From the NCBI RefSeq assembly GCF_006345805.1, contig NC_043014.1, forward strand, positions 11,904,001-11,968,000: DNA of 64,000 nt, given 5' to 3'. Shown in pieces: positions 1-14,350 of this stretch (position 1 is the stretch's first letter; the number at the start of each line of letters is the position of its first letter). Made by a program: the position numbers and the translations under genes. The notes beneath the pieces were generated by a model. It was not told the origin of the DNA, did not search any database, and saw only the letters and a list, made by a program, of their open reading frames with translations. The DNA comes from Octopus sinensis. Lineage: Eukaryota.

Positions 1-21
1 ACACACACACACACACATATA

Positions 22-52
<31 letters not shown>

Positions 53-205
53 CATACGATTTGTTCGACTAAAGGCGGTGTTCCAGCATGGCCGCAGTCA
101 AATGACTGAAACAAGTAAAAGAGTAAAAGAGATATGCGCATGCTTATAGATACACACACACATATAAAAATATATATATATATATATATACATACATATA
201 TACAT

Positions 206-238
<33 letters not shown>

Positions 239-257
239 GTATGTATATATATATATT

Positions 258-288
<31 letters not shown>

Positions 289-444
289 TACATACATATA
301 TATATATATAATATTATATATATAATATATATACATATATACATACATTAATATATATTATATATATATATATATAATATATATATATAATATATATATA
401 TATATATTATATATATATATATATATTACATATATACATACATA

Positions 445-490
<46 letters not shown>

Positions 491-992
491 AAGCAAATTG
501 GGAGAGAGCGCTGGGGAAAGAAGGCAAAAACAAGGACAGCGTAACGTGACGTTGTTACAAGTAAAAATTTTTATTACTTCTCCATCAAAACATTGTATAT
601 ATTTAAGTAATGTTTCACCAATTTTTACAGCACCCCATGTGTTTCCGGTTTCAGTTCTCACATTGGTATCCTGCAAAACAAAATGATAATAATAACACAA
701 AGCGTTAAACATTAATCAACGGCATACTGTTTACAAGGATATAATGACACACAATATAAGTAATTGCTTTAAAATAACCGTCTGTGTGTCATACTTTATG
801 TAAATACCTTGCAAAAAAGTAAATTTACTGCGGATGTAGTCCAGAGGTAAGATATTTTATGGGCGTGCTGTGTTTGAAAACAACAGTTTTATCAGTAGCA
901 GACGAACATCGTCCAGCAGCATCGGCCAATATTTTTTTTGTTTGTTTCGGATTAAACACTAAACACTACTTGTTACAGATAACTAGTCTATA

Positions 993-1375
993 GGCGTAGG
1001 AGTGGCAGTGTGGTAAGTAGCTTGCTTACCAACCACATGGTTCCGGGTGACACCATTAGTAAGTGTCTTCTATAGCTTCGGGCCGACCAAAGCCTTGCGA
1101 GTGGATTTGGTAGACGGAAACTGAAAGAAGCCCGTCGTATATATATGTATATGTATATATGTGTGTGTTTGTATATTTGTGTTTGTCCCCCCAACATCGC
1201 TTGACAACCGATGCTAGCGTGCTTACGTCCCCGTCACTTAGCGGTTCGGCAAAAGAGACCGATAGATTAAGTACTAGGCTTACATACAATATGTCCTGGG
1301 GTCGATGTGCTCGACTAAAGGCGGTGCTCCACCATGGCCACAGTCAAATGTCTGAAACAAGTAAAAGAGTAAAAA
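993..1375 (+). mobile_element. tRNA-derived SINE family A (internal TA/TG microsatellite, gtaaaaga tail)
   Basis: Pol III A-box tggcagtgtggt; highly similar to many copies in the window. Confidence 0.85.
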
Positions 1376-1399
1376 AATCTGCAGAATGTAGTTGAGACA

Positions 1400-1692
1400 T
1401 TCGAAAGGTCACTATGAAATACGATTTTGTGTTAAAAGTTGCAAAATTGCTAGAGAAACTTATGAAATGCTCCATATTGCTTATGGATTAACTTTTTTGG
1501 TGGCGCAAGAGGTTCAAAAGCGGTACAGAAGTGAGAGACTATGAGGTACGTGAGAACTTCAGACGTGGTACAAAAAAAATACTTGCAGCTTTCTGAATGA
1601 TGACTATCATGTATCTATAAAGACGATACGAGTACAATATGGACTGGCAACTGTACACGGGATTATTCATGAAGATCTGGACATACATAAAA
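1400..1692 (+). mobile_element. Mariner transposase N-terminal remnant
   Basis: Reads IRFCVK...ETYEMLHIAYG...FWWRKRFKSG...TVHGIIHEDL across frameshifts. Confidence 0.65.
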
Positions 1693-1694
1693 TC

Positions 1695-2418
1695 TTATTT
1701 CTTTATTGCCCACAAAGAGCTAATATAGAGGGGTCAAACAAGGACAGACAAAGGGATTAACACAGTTATATCGACCCCAGTGCGTAACTGGTACTTATTT
1801 AATCCACCCCGAAAGGATGAAAGGCAAAGTCGACCTCGGCGGAATTTGAACTCAGAACGTAGCGTCAGACGAAATACCTATTTCTTTACCACCCACAAGG
1901 GGCTAAACACAGAGAGGATAAACAAGGACAGACATAAGTATTATGTCGATCACATCGACCCCAGTGCGTAACTGGTACTTATTTAATCCACCCCGAAAGG
2001 ATGAAAGGCAAAGTCGACCTCGGCGGAATTTGAACTCAGAGCGTAGCGGCAGACGAAATAACTATTTCTTTACCACCCACAAGGGGCTAAACACAGAGAG
2101 GATAAACAAGGACAGACATAAGTATTATGTCGATCACATCGACCCCAGTGCGTAACTGGTACTTAATTTATCGACCCCGAAAGGATGAAAGGCAAAGTCA
2201 ACCTCGGCGGAATTTGAACTCAGAACGTAACGACAGACGAAATACGGCTACGCATTTCGCCCGGCGTGCTAACGTTTCTGCCAGCTCACCACCTGCCAGC
2301 TCACCGCCTGTGCCAGCTCACCGCCTTGGCAGACGAAATACCGCTAAGCATTTCGCCCGGCGTTCTAATGTTTCTGCGGGCTCGCCGCCTTTGCTAACGG
2401 TTCTGCCAGCTCGCCACC
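1695..2418 (-). mobile_element. SINE family B (Meta-domain-like) with three tandem 184-bp units
   Basis: tcgaccccagtgcg recurs at 1771, 1955 and 2139; the core gcctttcatcctttcggggtcgataaa..agtacc resembles the MetaSINE domain. Confidence 0.8.
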
Positions 2419-3004
2419 ATGATTAATATTACAAGATAAATAGTTTTGTAGTTATTATCTTCTTTCATCTCTTACTTGTTTCAATGATTAGACTGCGGTC
2501 GTTCTGGGGCACCGCCTTAAAAGGTTTATCCGAACAAATCGAATGTAATATTTTCTTTTATTCTTTTATTCTTTTACTTGTTTCAGTCAGTTGACGGGTG
2601 AAATGCTTAGAGGCATTTCGCCCAACGTACTAACAATTCTTCCAGCTCACCACCTCGATCTTATAATAATTTTGCTTGTCATTGCATTATTTAGCGCGTC
2701 GGTAACGCTTTCACGCGATTAGTTGAAGGGAAAAAGAGGAGAGAGAAAAAAGATAGAGAAAAAGAGCATAATGCGAAATGTGAGACAGAAAGAGGGAAAA
2801 AGAAAGAGAAAGAGAGAGAGAGAGAAGCGTCCATGACGTAAGGTAGGGAGGGCGTAAAAGTTTTAGCAGACGGGTAATGTGTTGATGGAGAGGTTAAAGA
2901 AAAGCAGAGAGAAAGAAGAGAGAGACGAGAGAGACGACGAGAGAGAGATGACGAGAGAGAGACGACGAGAGAGAGAGAGACGAGATAGAGAGAGAGAGAG
3001 AGAC

Positions 3005-3037
<33 letters not shown>

Positions 3038-3139
3038 GACGACGAGAGAGAGAGAGAGACGACAAGAGGGGGCGCGAAGAGGGAATATTCGGTTAAATAT
3101 TCATGGCTCCTGCTAGTAATAATAATAATAGTAATAATA

Positions 3140-3411
3140 ATAATCCTTTCTACTAAAGGTACAAGGGATGAAATTTTAGGTGAGAGAGTCAGTCGATTAC
3201 ATCGACCCCAGTGTTTCACTGGTAATTTATTTATCGATCCCGAAAAGATGAAAGGCAAAATCGACCTTGGCGGAATTTGAACTCAGAACGTAGCGACGGG
3301 CAAAATATTGCTAAGCATTTCGCCTGGCGTGGTAACGATTCTGCAGCTCACCGCCTTCCTAATAATAATAATAATAATAATAAAATAATAATAATAATAA
3401 TAATAATGATG

Positions 3412-3463
<52 letters not shown>

Positions 3464-3478
3464 ATAATAATAATGATG

Positions 3479-3518
<40 letters not shown>

Positions 3519-3940
3519 TAATAATAATGATAATAATAATCTTTGCTACTAAAGGCACAAGGCCTGAAATTTGGGGTGAGGGGACTAGCCGACTACATCG
3601 ATCTCAGTGTTTCACTGGTACTTAATTTATCGACCTTGAAGGGATGAAAGGCAAAATCGACCTCGGCGGAATTTGAACTCAGAACGTTGCGTCAGACGAA
3701 ATACCTATTTCTTTACTACCCACAAGGTGCTAAACTCATAGAGGACAAACAAGGACAGACAAACGGATTAAGTCGATTATATCGACCCCAGTGCGTAACT
3801 GGTACTTATTTAATCGACACCGAAAGGATGAAAGGCAAAGTCGACCTCGGCGGAATTTGAACTCAGAACGTAGCGGCAGACGAAATACCGCTAAGCATTT
3901 CGTCCAGCATGCTAACGATTCTGCCAGCTCACTGCCTTCT
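3140..3940 (-). mobile_element. Cluster of SINE family B copies around a (TAA)/(TGA) tract
   Basis: Family B core at ~3200-3360, 3595-3710 and 3780-3940. Confidence 0.8.
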
Positions 3941-4565
3941 CAATAAGAATGAAAAAAAAAGGCATCGGAAGGCCAAGCCATACCCTGCGTACATATAATT
4001 TTTTTTGAAAATTATAGTGTGGCTTACCACGCGTTGCTTGCCCATGATTTTCTGTTGAAGTGAATTATTATTTTTTTTTAGTATTCCAACTATAGGTATT
4101 TAACACCTGTGAAATTAAGAAATCAACTCGTAAATAAACGAAACCCTCCATCACTGTGCACACACACGCGCGCATAGGTACACAATGATCGATAGACACG
4201 CAGACGAGGACCGATTCAGATGAAAAAGGAAAGTGAACAAAATAATATGACCACTTGCTTATCGGAAAATTTGTAAGTTCGATTAAAAAAGTATCATTTT
4301 TTAAGATAATGAAACGAAATGTTCATCACTTCGAGCCTCTCACCCGATGAATATTTCTGCTAAATGTGGTGAAAATCCATTTAACCGCTTTCCAGTAATT
4401 TTGCAAACACAGACAAACAGAAAAAGATGGATGACTACAATATCTTGCTTTCGTATGCGCGCAAGGTTATAATAACGTAATATAAAATAAAATGTCAACT
4501 ATTTTAACGTGACTTTGACTTGTACTCATACAAACACATCTTATACATACATATATTATTATACG

Positions 4566-4622
<57 letters not shown>

Positions 4623-4648
4623 TTTACACGTATATACATACATACATA

Positions 4649-5891
4649 CAGGGTGCGATGGGTAAATTGTTAACACTTTATATTTTTAATTTCGCGCATG
4701 CGCATTGTCTGCTTTTTGATTTTGTTGACTACACAGTATTGTAGGGTCAGCTGCCCACCGTCTGTGAGAAAAACAGCACCATGACGCAATTCACTCTACC
4801 AGAAATTTGGAAACAACATGCTGTACAGCTTGGCATTCGTCCCGGAAGCTCCAATACGAACACTTCATAGTGTAGGGTGTCAATCTGAGGACACTGCATA
4901 TGATTCGAAAGGAATTGGATGGGTCTAATGGTGATTACGAAGTTATGGCGGCTCTAAAAACTCACTCTGATTGTTCTGATAAGAAAAGAACTCTTGAATT
5001 TGTTGGTGAGATCCAGGCTATGATTGACAACGATCCCTCCAAGTCAGTCAAATTCATTGCTAGGGACATGGCAATGTCTGAGTTTCTTATCAGGCAGGTA
5101 GTGCATGAAGAAATTTGGTATTCCTCATACAAGATGATAAAGGGTCAATTTTTATCCCAAGCCATCAAGGAGAAGAGGAAAGGATACGCTACGAAACTTT
5201 TGAGCAAACTCAAGCATCTCCTCTAACCGAGTACGCTTTGGTTTTACTGAAATGAGAAAAAATTTCTGCCAGGATCAGATGGTGAACACACAGAACAACC
5301 GTTTTCTTGCCGTGTCTCCAAAACATGTATCGAGAGAGTTAAAAATCAAACATTCAGTCAACATCATGGTGTTTGGAGTGATCACTAATGATGGCGACGT
5401 TATGCCTCCATTTATCTTCCCACACGGCCTTAGACTCAACACGGTGGCCTATATCAAGTGCCTGGAGGAGGTAATGCTGCCCTATGTCTGGTAATAGGAC
5501 TCTGCACCATGCCACACAAGCAGGAGAACCTAGTCGTGGCTGTCAGACAATTTCTGCGACCACACCACCCCTAATGTTTGGCCACCTAACTCCCCAACCT
5601 GTGGGAGGCAGCTGAATGAGAGACCACCAAAATTCCTTGTAACACCAAAGATGAACTGAAGGCAAGGATTATGACAGCATTCACCAACTTAACGAGGGAC
5701 CGTCCAGAAAGTTGCAAGGGGATTCTGAAGTCATCTGGAGCCGTAGTTCAAGCCAATGGCAATTTTATTCAATAAATTTACTCTTTAGTATTTCAAGATA
5801 TTTTTATGTAATTTGGGTATAATATCTGTTAAAATGAGATGTCAGTATTATTTTTGCGAAATTTAGACGAAGTTTTTTTTACCGCACCCTG
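4649..5891 (+). mobile_element. Full-length decayed Tc1/mariner-superfamily transposon (maT/DD37D-like)
   Basis: TA|CAGGGTGCG...CGCACCCTG termini; broken transposase with IMVFGVIT, DSAPCHTS and WPPNSP motifs; stops and frameshifts. Confidence 0.85.
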
Positions 5892-6137
5892 TCCATTATT
5901 ATATATGTATGTATTGTGTGTGTGTTATATATGTATGTATGTCTATATATATATATATATATAATATATATAATATATATATATATATATTATATATAAT
6001 ATATATATATATACAATATATATTAAGTTAGACATGGCCTGGGCCAATAATGGCCGAAACCTATCAAAGTATCAAAGTATATATATATAATATATATATA
6101 TTATATAATGTATATATATTATACTATATATATATAT

Positions 6138-6169
<32 letters not shown>

Positions 6170-6679
6170 GATGATAGAGATAGATAGATTGATAGATAGA
6201 TAGATAGATGGATAGACAGACACAAATACACGCATGCACATATGGATTAGGAGAACATCTCTCAATGGTGTCGTTTTCCTTTTGATCACTTTTACTCATC
6301 CGAAGTAACATGCCAGGGGAGCTGTAAGTGGTCACAGGCCTCCATTCCTCCCCCACTACCCACTACCCCGACTAATTAGTAAAACAAGAAGTGTATGCTA
6401 TTGATATAAAGATGAAACGGCAATATTTATCTCCTGTTAGTATGAAACATGTGCGCTGTAGTGGTTTGAAACGATGACAAGCCATGTCTGCGATACAGAT
6501 TTCAATCATATTTTATGTTGCTTTATTTCTATCTAAGATCTATGATCCTCACCTATAGCCAGCTGTATGGTTAGCTTTTCCTTCGAGCATACAAGACGAA
6601 ATTTTGTATGTTGATTCAATGATTTCACAAAGGTTTACAGGTTTTACTGGATATTTTAACACCTTTAATGCGTTCTTTT

Positions 6680-6909
6680 ATTCATTTATTCTTTGTCTTT
6701 GTTTCAGTCATTTGACTGTGGCCATGCTGGAGCACCGCCTCTAGTCAAGCAAATCGACCCCGGGACTTATTATTTTGTAAGCCCAGTACTTATTCTATCG
6801 GTCTCTTTTGCCGAACCGCTAAGTTACGGGGACGAAACACACCAGCATCGGTTGTCAAGTGATGTTGGGAGGACAACACAGACACATACACAAAACACAC
6901 ACCACACCA

Positions 6910-6980
<71 letters not shown>

Positions 6981-7135
6981 TACGACGAGCTTCTTTCAGT
7001 TTCTGTTTACCAAATCCACTCACAAAGCTTTGGTCGGCCCGAGGCTATAGTAGAAGACACTTGCCCAAGGTGCCACGCAGTTGGACTGAACCCGAAACCA
7101 TGAGGCTGGTAAGCAAGCTACTTACCACACAGCCT
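6680..7135 (-). mobile_element. SINE family A
   Basis: Near full-length reverse-complement copy. Confidence 0.85.
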
Positions 7136-7152
7136 AAAAATGAATTTAATGT

Positions 7153-7465
7153 GAAGGTACATAGCTAAGTGACTTGGATATTCAGTTCACGATCATAACG
7201 TTGTGAGTTCGATTCCAGGCGGCGTGTTGAGTCTCTATAGCAAGACACTTTATTTCACGTCAACTCAGCTGGCAAAAATGAGTTGTACCTGTGTTTCAGA
7301 GGGCGAGTCTCGTCACGTTCCGTGTCACGCTAAATCTTCCTGAGAACTACCTTAAGGATTCGCATATCTGTGGAGTCCTCAGCCACTTGCAAGTTAATTT
7401 CAGGAGTAGGCTGTTCGGTTCATCGAATCGTCTGGAACACTGGTCGTCGTAACTGACAGAGTGTC
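7153..7465 (+). mobile_element. tRNA-derived SINE family C (V-domain-like)
   Basis: B-box gagttcgattcc, then caagacactttatttcacgt...cagctggcaaaaatgagt. Confidence 0.75.
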
Positions 7466-7574
7466 CAGCCAGCCAATGCATTTAATATTTCGCCCGCAAA
7501 CGTTTACAGATTTTGGATTTAATACCATAATATTTGGAACAGTTCACAAATTTAGTCTAAAAGATGCATGTATA

Positions 7575-8185
7575 TTAACTTGTAGAATCTACCATGTAAC
7601 GCCTTCTCATGCCAGTCAGATAATTTCTGGTTTTTAGCTTCATTTGGGTTTTTTGGTTTCCCTGTCTTGCTGTGACTCTAGCAGATTTTACGAAACGTTC
7701 TTCACTATTACCTACGTAGGAATCTATATAAACTCTAGCTAACTCCATGTTGTCTTCTACTGATATTAACCATCTTCTGCCTCCCATTCTAGGTAAGTGT
7801 AATCTTGCTACTCCTGCCCTTAGGTAAAGTCCTCCATTCATATTAAATTCCTTCCTAGTTCTGTCTAACTTTGCTACTTCAGTTATTGTCCAATCTACAA
7901 AAACTGATGAGAATCTAAGTAATGATACTACCCAAGTATTTACAGCCTTCACTAGATTTGGGCCATTTAGCTTTGATTTCATTAGTTCCTTCACCCTTCT
8001 GATGTACTCCTTCTCAAGTTTCGCTTTCATTTCTACAGTTAGTACTTTGTCAGATTCTAATACTTCTAACTACTTATAACTCTCTCCTCCTTTCAATGAT
8101 TTTAATGTCTGGTCATCTGGTAATTGAATGCTTTCGCAGTTGACTACCTGTCCCCTTCTCATGACTAATATTGCACATTTATCTA
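7575..8185 (-). mobile_element. R4/Dong-clade non-LTR retrotransposon RT/thumb fragment
   Basis: DKCAILVMRRG...YK*LEVLE...EYIRRVKELMKSKLNGPNLVKAVNTW...RLHLPRMGGR. Confidence 0.8.
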
Positions 8186-8665
8186 CGTTACTTAGCCCGT
8201 TGGTAACGCTTTCACGTGATTAGAGAAAAAGAGTGAGAGAGAAGTGTCCATAACCTGAGGTAGAAGAAATGTAACTTTAACGCTTTCATGCGATTAGTTG
8301 AAAGGAAATAGAGGAGAAAGAAAGAGGAGTGAGGAAAAGAGGTTAAGGTGAAGAGTAAGACAGAGAGAGGGAGACAGAAAAAGACGGAGAGAGAGAAGCG
8401 TCCATGACGAGAGGTAGGAGGAACGCAATATTTATTATGTGGTCAAGAAAGTTAGTTGAAGGTAGAAGAGGAGAGTTAAAAAATATAATTTTAGCCGAGG
8501 GGTGATGTTCTGATGGTGAAGTTAAAGAAGAGAGAGAGAGAGATAGAGAGAAAGAGAGAGAGAGAGAGAAAGAGAAAAAGAGAGAGAGAGCGGAGAGAGA
8601 AAGAGAGGAGGGAGAGAGAAAATGGAGAGAGTGAAGAGAGTGAGGGAGAGAAAGATGGTGAATGA

Positions 8666-8715
<50 letters not shown>

Positions 8716-9520
8716 GTAGTAGTAGTAGTAGTAGGAGGAGGAGGAGGAGGAGGAGGAGACACTTATCTAAGGTGCCACACAGTGGGACTGAACCCGGAAC
8801 CATGTGGTTGGTAAACAAGCTACTTACACACAACCACTCCTTCACAAAAATTTTCTGAAAATTCCACCAAAATTAAAAAGTCACGAAGAGTTATATGGTG
8901 TGCGTAAAGAAGAATTCCGACATTTCTTTTGTTTATAGTTGATATAACGTGAAGTCACGCACAATTGATTTTCCAAATCCCGATTTCTGACTGGGTAAAA
9001 TTGATCAAACGTTAAACCTCTCTAAATTTTTAAAACAGATTTTTGGAAAAAGTGAATTAGCTCCCGTGATTCAGCGTGGAAAATGACATCAATACACCAA
9101 ATTTGAAATTTTTCTTTTAATTTAAAAATTTTCCTCAGAGCAGCCAAACAGAAAAGATCCAAGTGATGAAGTGTTTCTCACAATATTCTTTTATTTGATT
9201 CAGTCATTTGATGGCGGCCATGCTGGGGCACCACTTTGAAGAGTTTTAGTCGAGCAAATCGACCCTGGGACTTATTTTTCAAGCCTAGTACTTATTCTAT
9301 CGGTCTCATTTGCCAAACCTCTAAGTTATGGGGACGGAAGCACACCAGCACAGGTTGTCAAACGGTGACGGGGGTACAACCATATGCACAAAGATCCAGA
9401 CACATAAATATATACATACACACACACACACTCACACACTCACACACACACACACACACACACACACCAGACACACACATACACACACACACCACACACA
9501 TATATACACACACGCACATA

Positions 9521-9555
<35 letters not shown>

Positions 9556-9679
9556 GTTAATCCAAACAAGAAAACACAGAAAAAAAGAGAAAAAAAGAGA
9601 AAAAATGAGAAAAAACACAGCAACGCAGGACGTGGAACAATTAAAGTATTATTGACGCTCAGGAAAGAAGGGAAGGAGG

Positions 9680-9714
9680 GTTTAACGTTTCGAGTGGAGC
9701 TCTTCGTCGGAAAC
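9680..9714 (-). ncRNA. Minimal type I hammerhead (U4C variant) in a Penelope-like terminal element (~9555-9860)
   Basis: Minus strand: GUUU-CCGACGA-A-GAG cucca CUC-GAAA-CG-UU-AAAC; stem III reduced to the palindrome ACGU. Confidence 0.6.
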
Positions 9715-9862
9715 AAGGAGAAGGAAAGATCCCAAGGAGGGAAGACAGAGGAGAAAATATTTGAGCTGGTAGTGCTCAAGAGATCACATGTTGAAAGAAC
9801 AGAAGTTGAAGGTGGTCGAAACATGGTTTTATAAGGCAAGAGAGTTCAAAAAAAAGGAATGC

Positions 9863-9902
<40 letters not shown>

Positions 9903-10089
9903 TTTTGGTGATAAAAGGCAATGACAAGCCAGCTGTCGTGATGACTACTAGCTGTTTGTATCAGGCCAGGTCAAAGCCGGGTCAAAAAAACAACAAAGGG
10001 CTATATGTATCATGTGGTGTGTGTTTTGTAGTGTGTGTTCGTGTGTGTATGCGTAGAATGTGGGTGTGTGGCGAGTAACTGTTTAACCT

Positions 10090-10590
10090 AGTGCGTGTGT
10101 GCTTGTACGTGCGTGTGTGTGTGTAAGGATGTATGTGTGGGTTCATTTGTGTGAGAGCATATGTATGTACGTGTATGTGTGTGCGTGTATGTGTGCGTTT
10201 GTATGTGTTTGTGTGTATGTGTGCGTTTGTATGTGTTTGTGTGTATGTGTGCGTGCGCGGATAGGTGTATATTGTGTATGTATATCTGTCGGTGTGTATG
10301 TGAGTTTGTGTGTGTTTGTACGTGTGTATGTGTGTGTGAGTGTATAGTATATATATATGTAAATGTGTGTGTGTGTGCGTGTGTGTGTACGTGCGTGCGA
10401 GTGAATGTATGTATATATGTGTGCGTGTGTGTACAATGTAGGGGCTTATATGTGTGTTTATATGTGTGTGTGTGTATGTATGTGTGTATGTGTGTATGTG
10501 TGTATGTGTGTGTATGTGTATGTATGTATGTATGTATATGTATGCGTGTATGTATGTATGTATGTATGTATGTATGTATGTATATGTATA
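10090..10590. repeat. Degenerate (TG)/(TATG) microsatellite
   Basis: Direct inspection. Confidence 0.95.
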
Positions 10591-11140
10591 AATATTGTGA
10601 GTAACTCTTAATCACTTGCTGATGTTGAAGTTGTTTCCCTTTATAATATATTTTACGTTCTAAATTATCCGATATGGGCTCTAATTACTCACTGGAGTAC
10701 TCCATCTAATTTTTGAATTCGAAAGTTCATTCTACTGCCATCTTTGTTTCATAAAGCTTTCAATTAATGTCTTTATGTTCATAAATTCTGATGACCAAAT
10801 AAATTTGCTCTTTTTTCTCATTGGTAAATGTTACCAATATGTATATTATATGCTATGTGTCAGCAATATCTAGTTGATACGCTATTTGCATTTGTATTTA
10901 CACTTCCCCTGTTATATATTCTCTTTCCTATATTCCCCTATATTCCAGTATTACCTTTCATATTCAGTTTTCTGAGAGTTCTCATGTAGTCCAACTTTTT
11001 CCTATTTACTTATTACACTGCATGCTAAATTTCAGTAGAAAAAATACCCCAAAAATGCTAAATTAGAAAAGAAATTGCTAAAGACTAATTATATCAAAAA
11101 GTTTAATTTTTATTTACATTTTTATTTTCTTTAATTGTAT

Positions 11141-12600
11141 TCAGTTTTGAGAAATAATTTCTTGATTTTCTCTGATTTGATCACTTTCAGATGCAGTGCC
11201 TAGGTCTTGACTTCTGTATACTTTCGAGGTCCCAATCTTGTTAATTATGTGTTTTGGAATATCGAAGTTTTTGCAACATTTGCCATGTCTTTTCAGGCCA
11301 TATTTTATAGACAATATTGATCTAAGCATAGGAAGATGCATTTTGTTTTTCAATTTTGATTTGATTACACCCATACTACTGAGCAACCGTTCAACTTCTG
11401 CATCTGAGTTTGGCAATGTCAATAGATTAATGGCAAAAATTGCAACATCTCTAAAAGGATTTCCTCCAGTAGCATCTTTATATTCCAAGACCTCCAGCCA
11501 GAATTCCTCAGTATTAGATGTATTTGTCCATTTGACTAAATGAATGCTATTAAACTGAATTTCAATTGAAGCATTTTTTTTTCATTTAGATGCATTGCTT
11601 CTAAGACAGGTAAAATTAGCTCTTTGAAATGCTGCAAAATATTCTCTACTGAAAAACATTGATATTCCTCAGTATATTAATATTTCCTGGCAAACGGCTC
11701 TTGAGCTCTTTATAAAGGCAGAGTAAAAATTGTGCTCTTTGCGAATATTATTTTCTTCGGTGGCTGTTACAGTCTTCTTGATAATCATTTCTGCTATCTT
11801 TCTCTCAAATCTGTAGCCTAGATTTGGTTTAGGATCCAAAAATTTTTCAATAGAAGCATCCGGATCAAGAGTATCATTTCTACATGTTGGCAACACTATC
11901 ATATTAGCAACAGATTTGATCAAATTTGAAAGATCTTAAATTAATTTTGTTTTGTCGACAGTGTTTGATTGAAACAGTTTATTCACTTCCTGAACATGTT
12001 TTAAAATTGGATGCAAAAATAAAAGGTAAAGTTCACAAAACATTTCATGTAACGTTTATGCTGTAAAACATTTTTCTTTTGTAGTTATAGTTTGGAAGTG
12101 AGTTTGCAATTCAAACCATTGGCTTAAAATTCTATTTACTGTTGGTTCTATTGACAGCCACCTAGTTGTACAAGAATTCACGATCTACAAATGCTCTTTA
12201 TCATTGATAGCAAGGTAAAGTTGTTTGTAGGTACTTTGTCTTGTTGAAGAATGAGAGAACCATTTATAGGTTTCGGATACTAAAAATTCAAAATTTATGG
12301 GCAAGCATTCAGCACAAGTGTGGATTACTGCCAACTGTAAAGAATGACATACACATCTAAATAGAAGTTATGGTGGAACTTTTTTTAATTTCTGGAAAAC
12401 ACCATTGTTGACTCCTATCATTATTCTAGCATTGTCGGTTCCTATAGCCAGTAAATTTTTTTTATATCTAATTTCTTTTTCGCAAATTCAATTTTTAAGG
12501 CATCTACAATGCAATCTGCATCACATGTTTCTAAAGATACCATACTGAGATACGTATGTACCACTTTTCTGTGAGTGTCACTATATAATTATTGATATCA
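11141..12600 (-). mobile_element. Decayed hAT transposase
   Basis: GTDNA, CVCHSLQLAV, TRWLS and the C-terminal dimerisation motif LLTLPNSDAEVERLLSSM; multiple frameshifts. Confidence 0.85.
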
Positions 12601-13312
12601 TTGGATTCATCTAATAACAGGCGAAATTTTCTATCTCCTCTATCAGAAATCGGCGTCTCTTCCAGGGAGAATGTTGTGGTTTTGGTCACTTATATACGCC
12701 ACGGAAACCGGATAACCGACCTTATGAGTCCAAGAGCTCATAAGGCTCATAAGGCTATTAGGCTCAAAAGGTTCAGAAAATCAAACTCAAAGCTACTACT
12801 AATAAGCATAGGAACTGAACAAAACACCTTGGCTTACGTCCCTTTACATTCCAATTCGACCGGGATTAACTTTGCTTTCCATCCCATTCGATGAAAGATG
12901 AAATAAATACAAGTGAAGCATAAGGATTGATTGAATCATCTTGTTACTAAACCCCTAATTAGAAACCATTATTAGGCTGAGGGACATTTCGAGATTTCTG
13001 TTGGAAAGTTGATTTTAGGTTGAAAATCCCTTATCATTATTCAGGATATATTTGCTGAATTGTGAACATTTAACGATATTAATTTTTTTATGTTTTATCA
13101 TTTACTTGCTTCACTCATTGGACTACGGCCAGGCTGGTGTACCGCCTTCAAGAGTTTAGTCGAACAAACTGACCCCAGTACTAAGTTTAAAGTCTTGTAC
13201 TTAATCACTAAGATCCATTAGTCGAAAAGCTATGTTACGGGCACGGAAACAAACATCGGTTATCAAACTGTGGGGGAGGTTAACTAACAGAGACACAATG
13301 ATGCAGTGTGTG

Positions 13313-13343
<31 letters not shown>

Positions 13344-13521
13344 AGTGAGTGTATCTTCGTATATTTGGAGTGTGGATCTTTGTGACTGTGTTTGTCCCCC
13401 GTCACCGTTTGACCACCATTGCTGGTGTGTTTACGTTCGCGTAACATAGCGTTTCGGCAAAATTAACCGACAGAATAAGTACTAGGTTTAATAATAATAT
13501 AATAATAATAATATAATAATA

Positions 13522-13595
<74 letters not shown>

Positions 13596-13620
13596 TAATA
13601 ATAATAATAATAATAATAAT

Positions 13621-14063
13621 GTTCCTGATGTAGTACCAGGCAGTGGCTGTCTTGGCTACTGATCTTAACCAGTTGACCATGTCCCTTTGTGGCTGACGAT
13701 ACGTGCATCTCTGATCACAAGCAGAAGTAGTGGGGGAGTATCATAGCCGTGTATTGAAAGGAATTCTTCGAGGTTTGGATAATTCCCCTTTGGAAACATG
13801 GGTGATTCGTTCAACATCCTTAAGCAATCCTTATTCGGGGACCTTTTGAGCGGGATGGGCTACTCGACCAGAAGAAGATTCTAACTGGGCCCCACTGCTA
13901 GGTCATGTGCTGTTTATCTTGATATGAGATCACCATGTCGCGCACATAGGGTTGTGATACATGTGCCTGGTGACCTTATCATACGGGTAGTTCATGATGG
14001 ATATACTGGGTTCGTATATTTTACCCCAGTGTCACTTTGATGACATGCACTGCTCTCTTACTC
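13621..14063 (+). mobile_element. Non-coding (TAA)n-embedded retroposon-like element, copy 1
   Basis: Unique-looking 440 bp bounded by (TAA)n on both sides; inverted homolog at 25207-25750. Confidence 0.75.
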
Positions 14064-14073
14064 AATAATAATG

Positions 14074-14139
<66 letters not shown>

Positions 14140-14226
14140 GTAGTAGTAGTAGTAGTAGTAATAATAATATAATAATAATATAATAATAATAATAATAATA
14201 ATAATATAGTAGTAGTAGTAGTAGTA

Positions 14227-14268
<42 letters not shown>

Positions 14269-14316
14269 GAATAATAATAATAATAGTAGTAGTAGTAGTA
14301 GTAGAGTAGTAGAGTA

Positions 14317-14350
<34 letters not shown>

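Noticed and set aside
497-990. Possible hammerhead in a unique-looking element (minus-strand GAAACACAUG)
   Set aside because: I could not pair stem I or find a convincing CUGANGA box at a plausible distance.
1695-2260. Regularly spaced repeats resembling a CRISPR array
   Set aside because: Whole 184-bp units repeat with no unique spacers; eukaryotic context and no cas genes.
1780-2426. Repeated MRNWYL...PRKDERQSRPRRNLNSER and YQIHSQGFGRPEAIVED peptides across the window
   Set aside because: Incidental open frames in SINE families B and A.
10600-11020. Possible Penelope GIY-YIG ORF remnant upstream of the 9680 HHR
   Set aside because: Only a weak KIRWS-like word amid many stops; needs a profile search.
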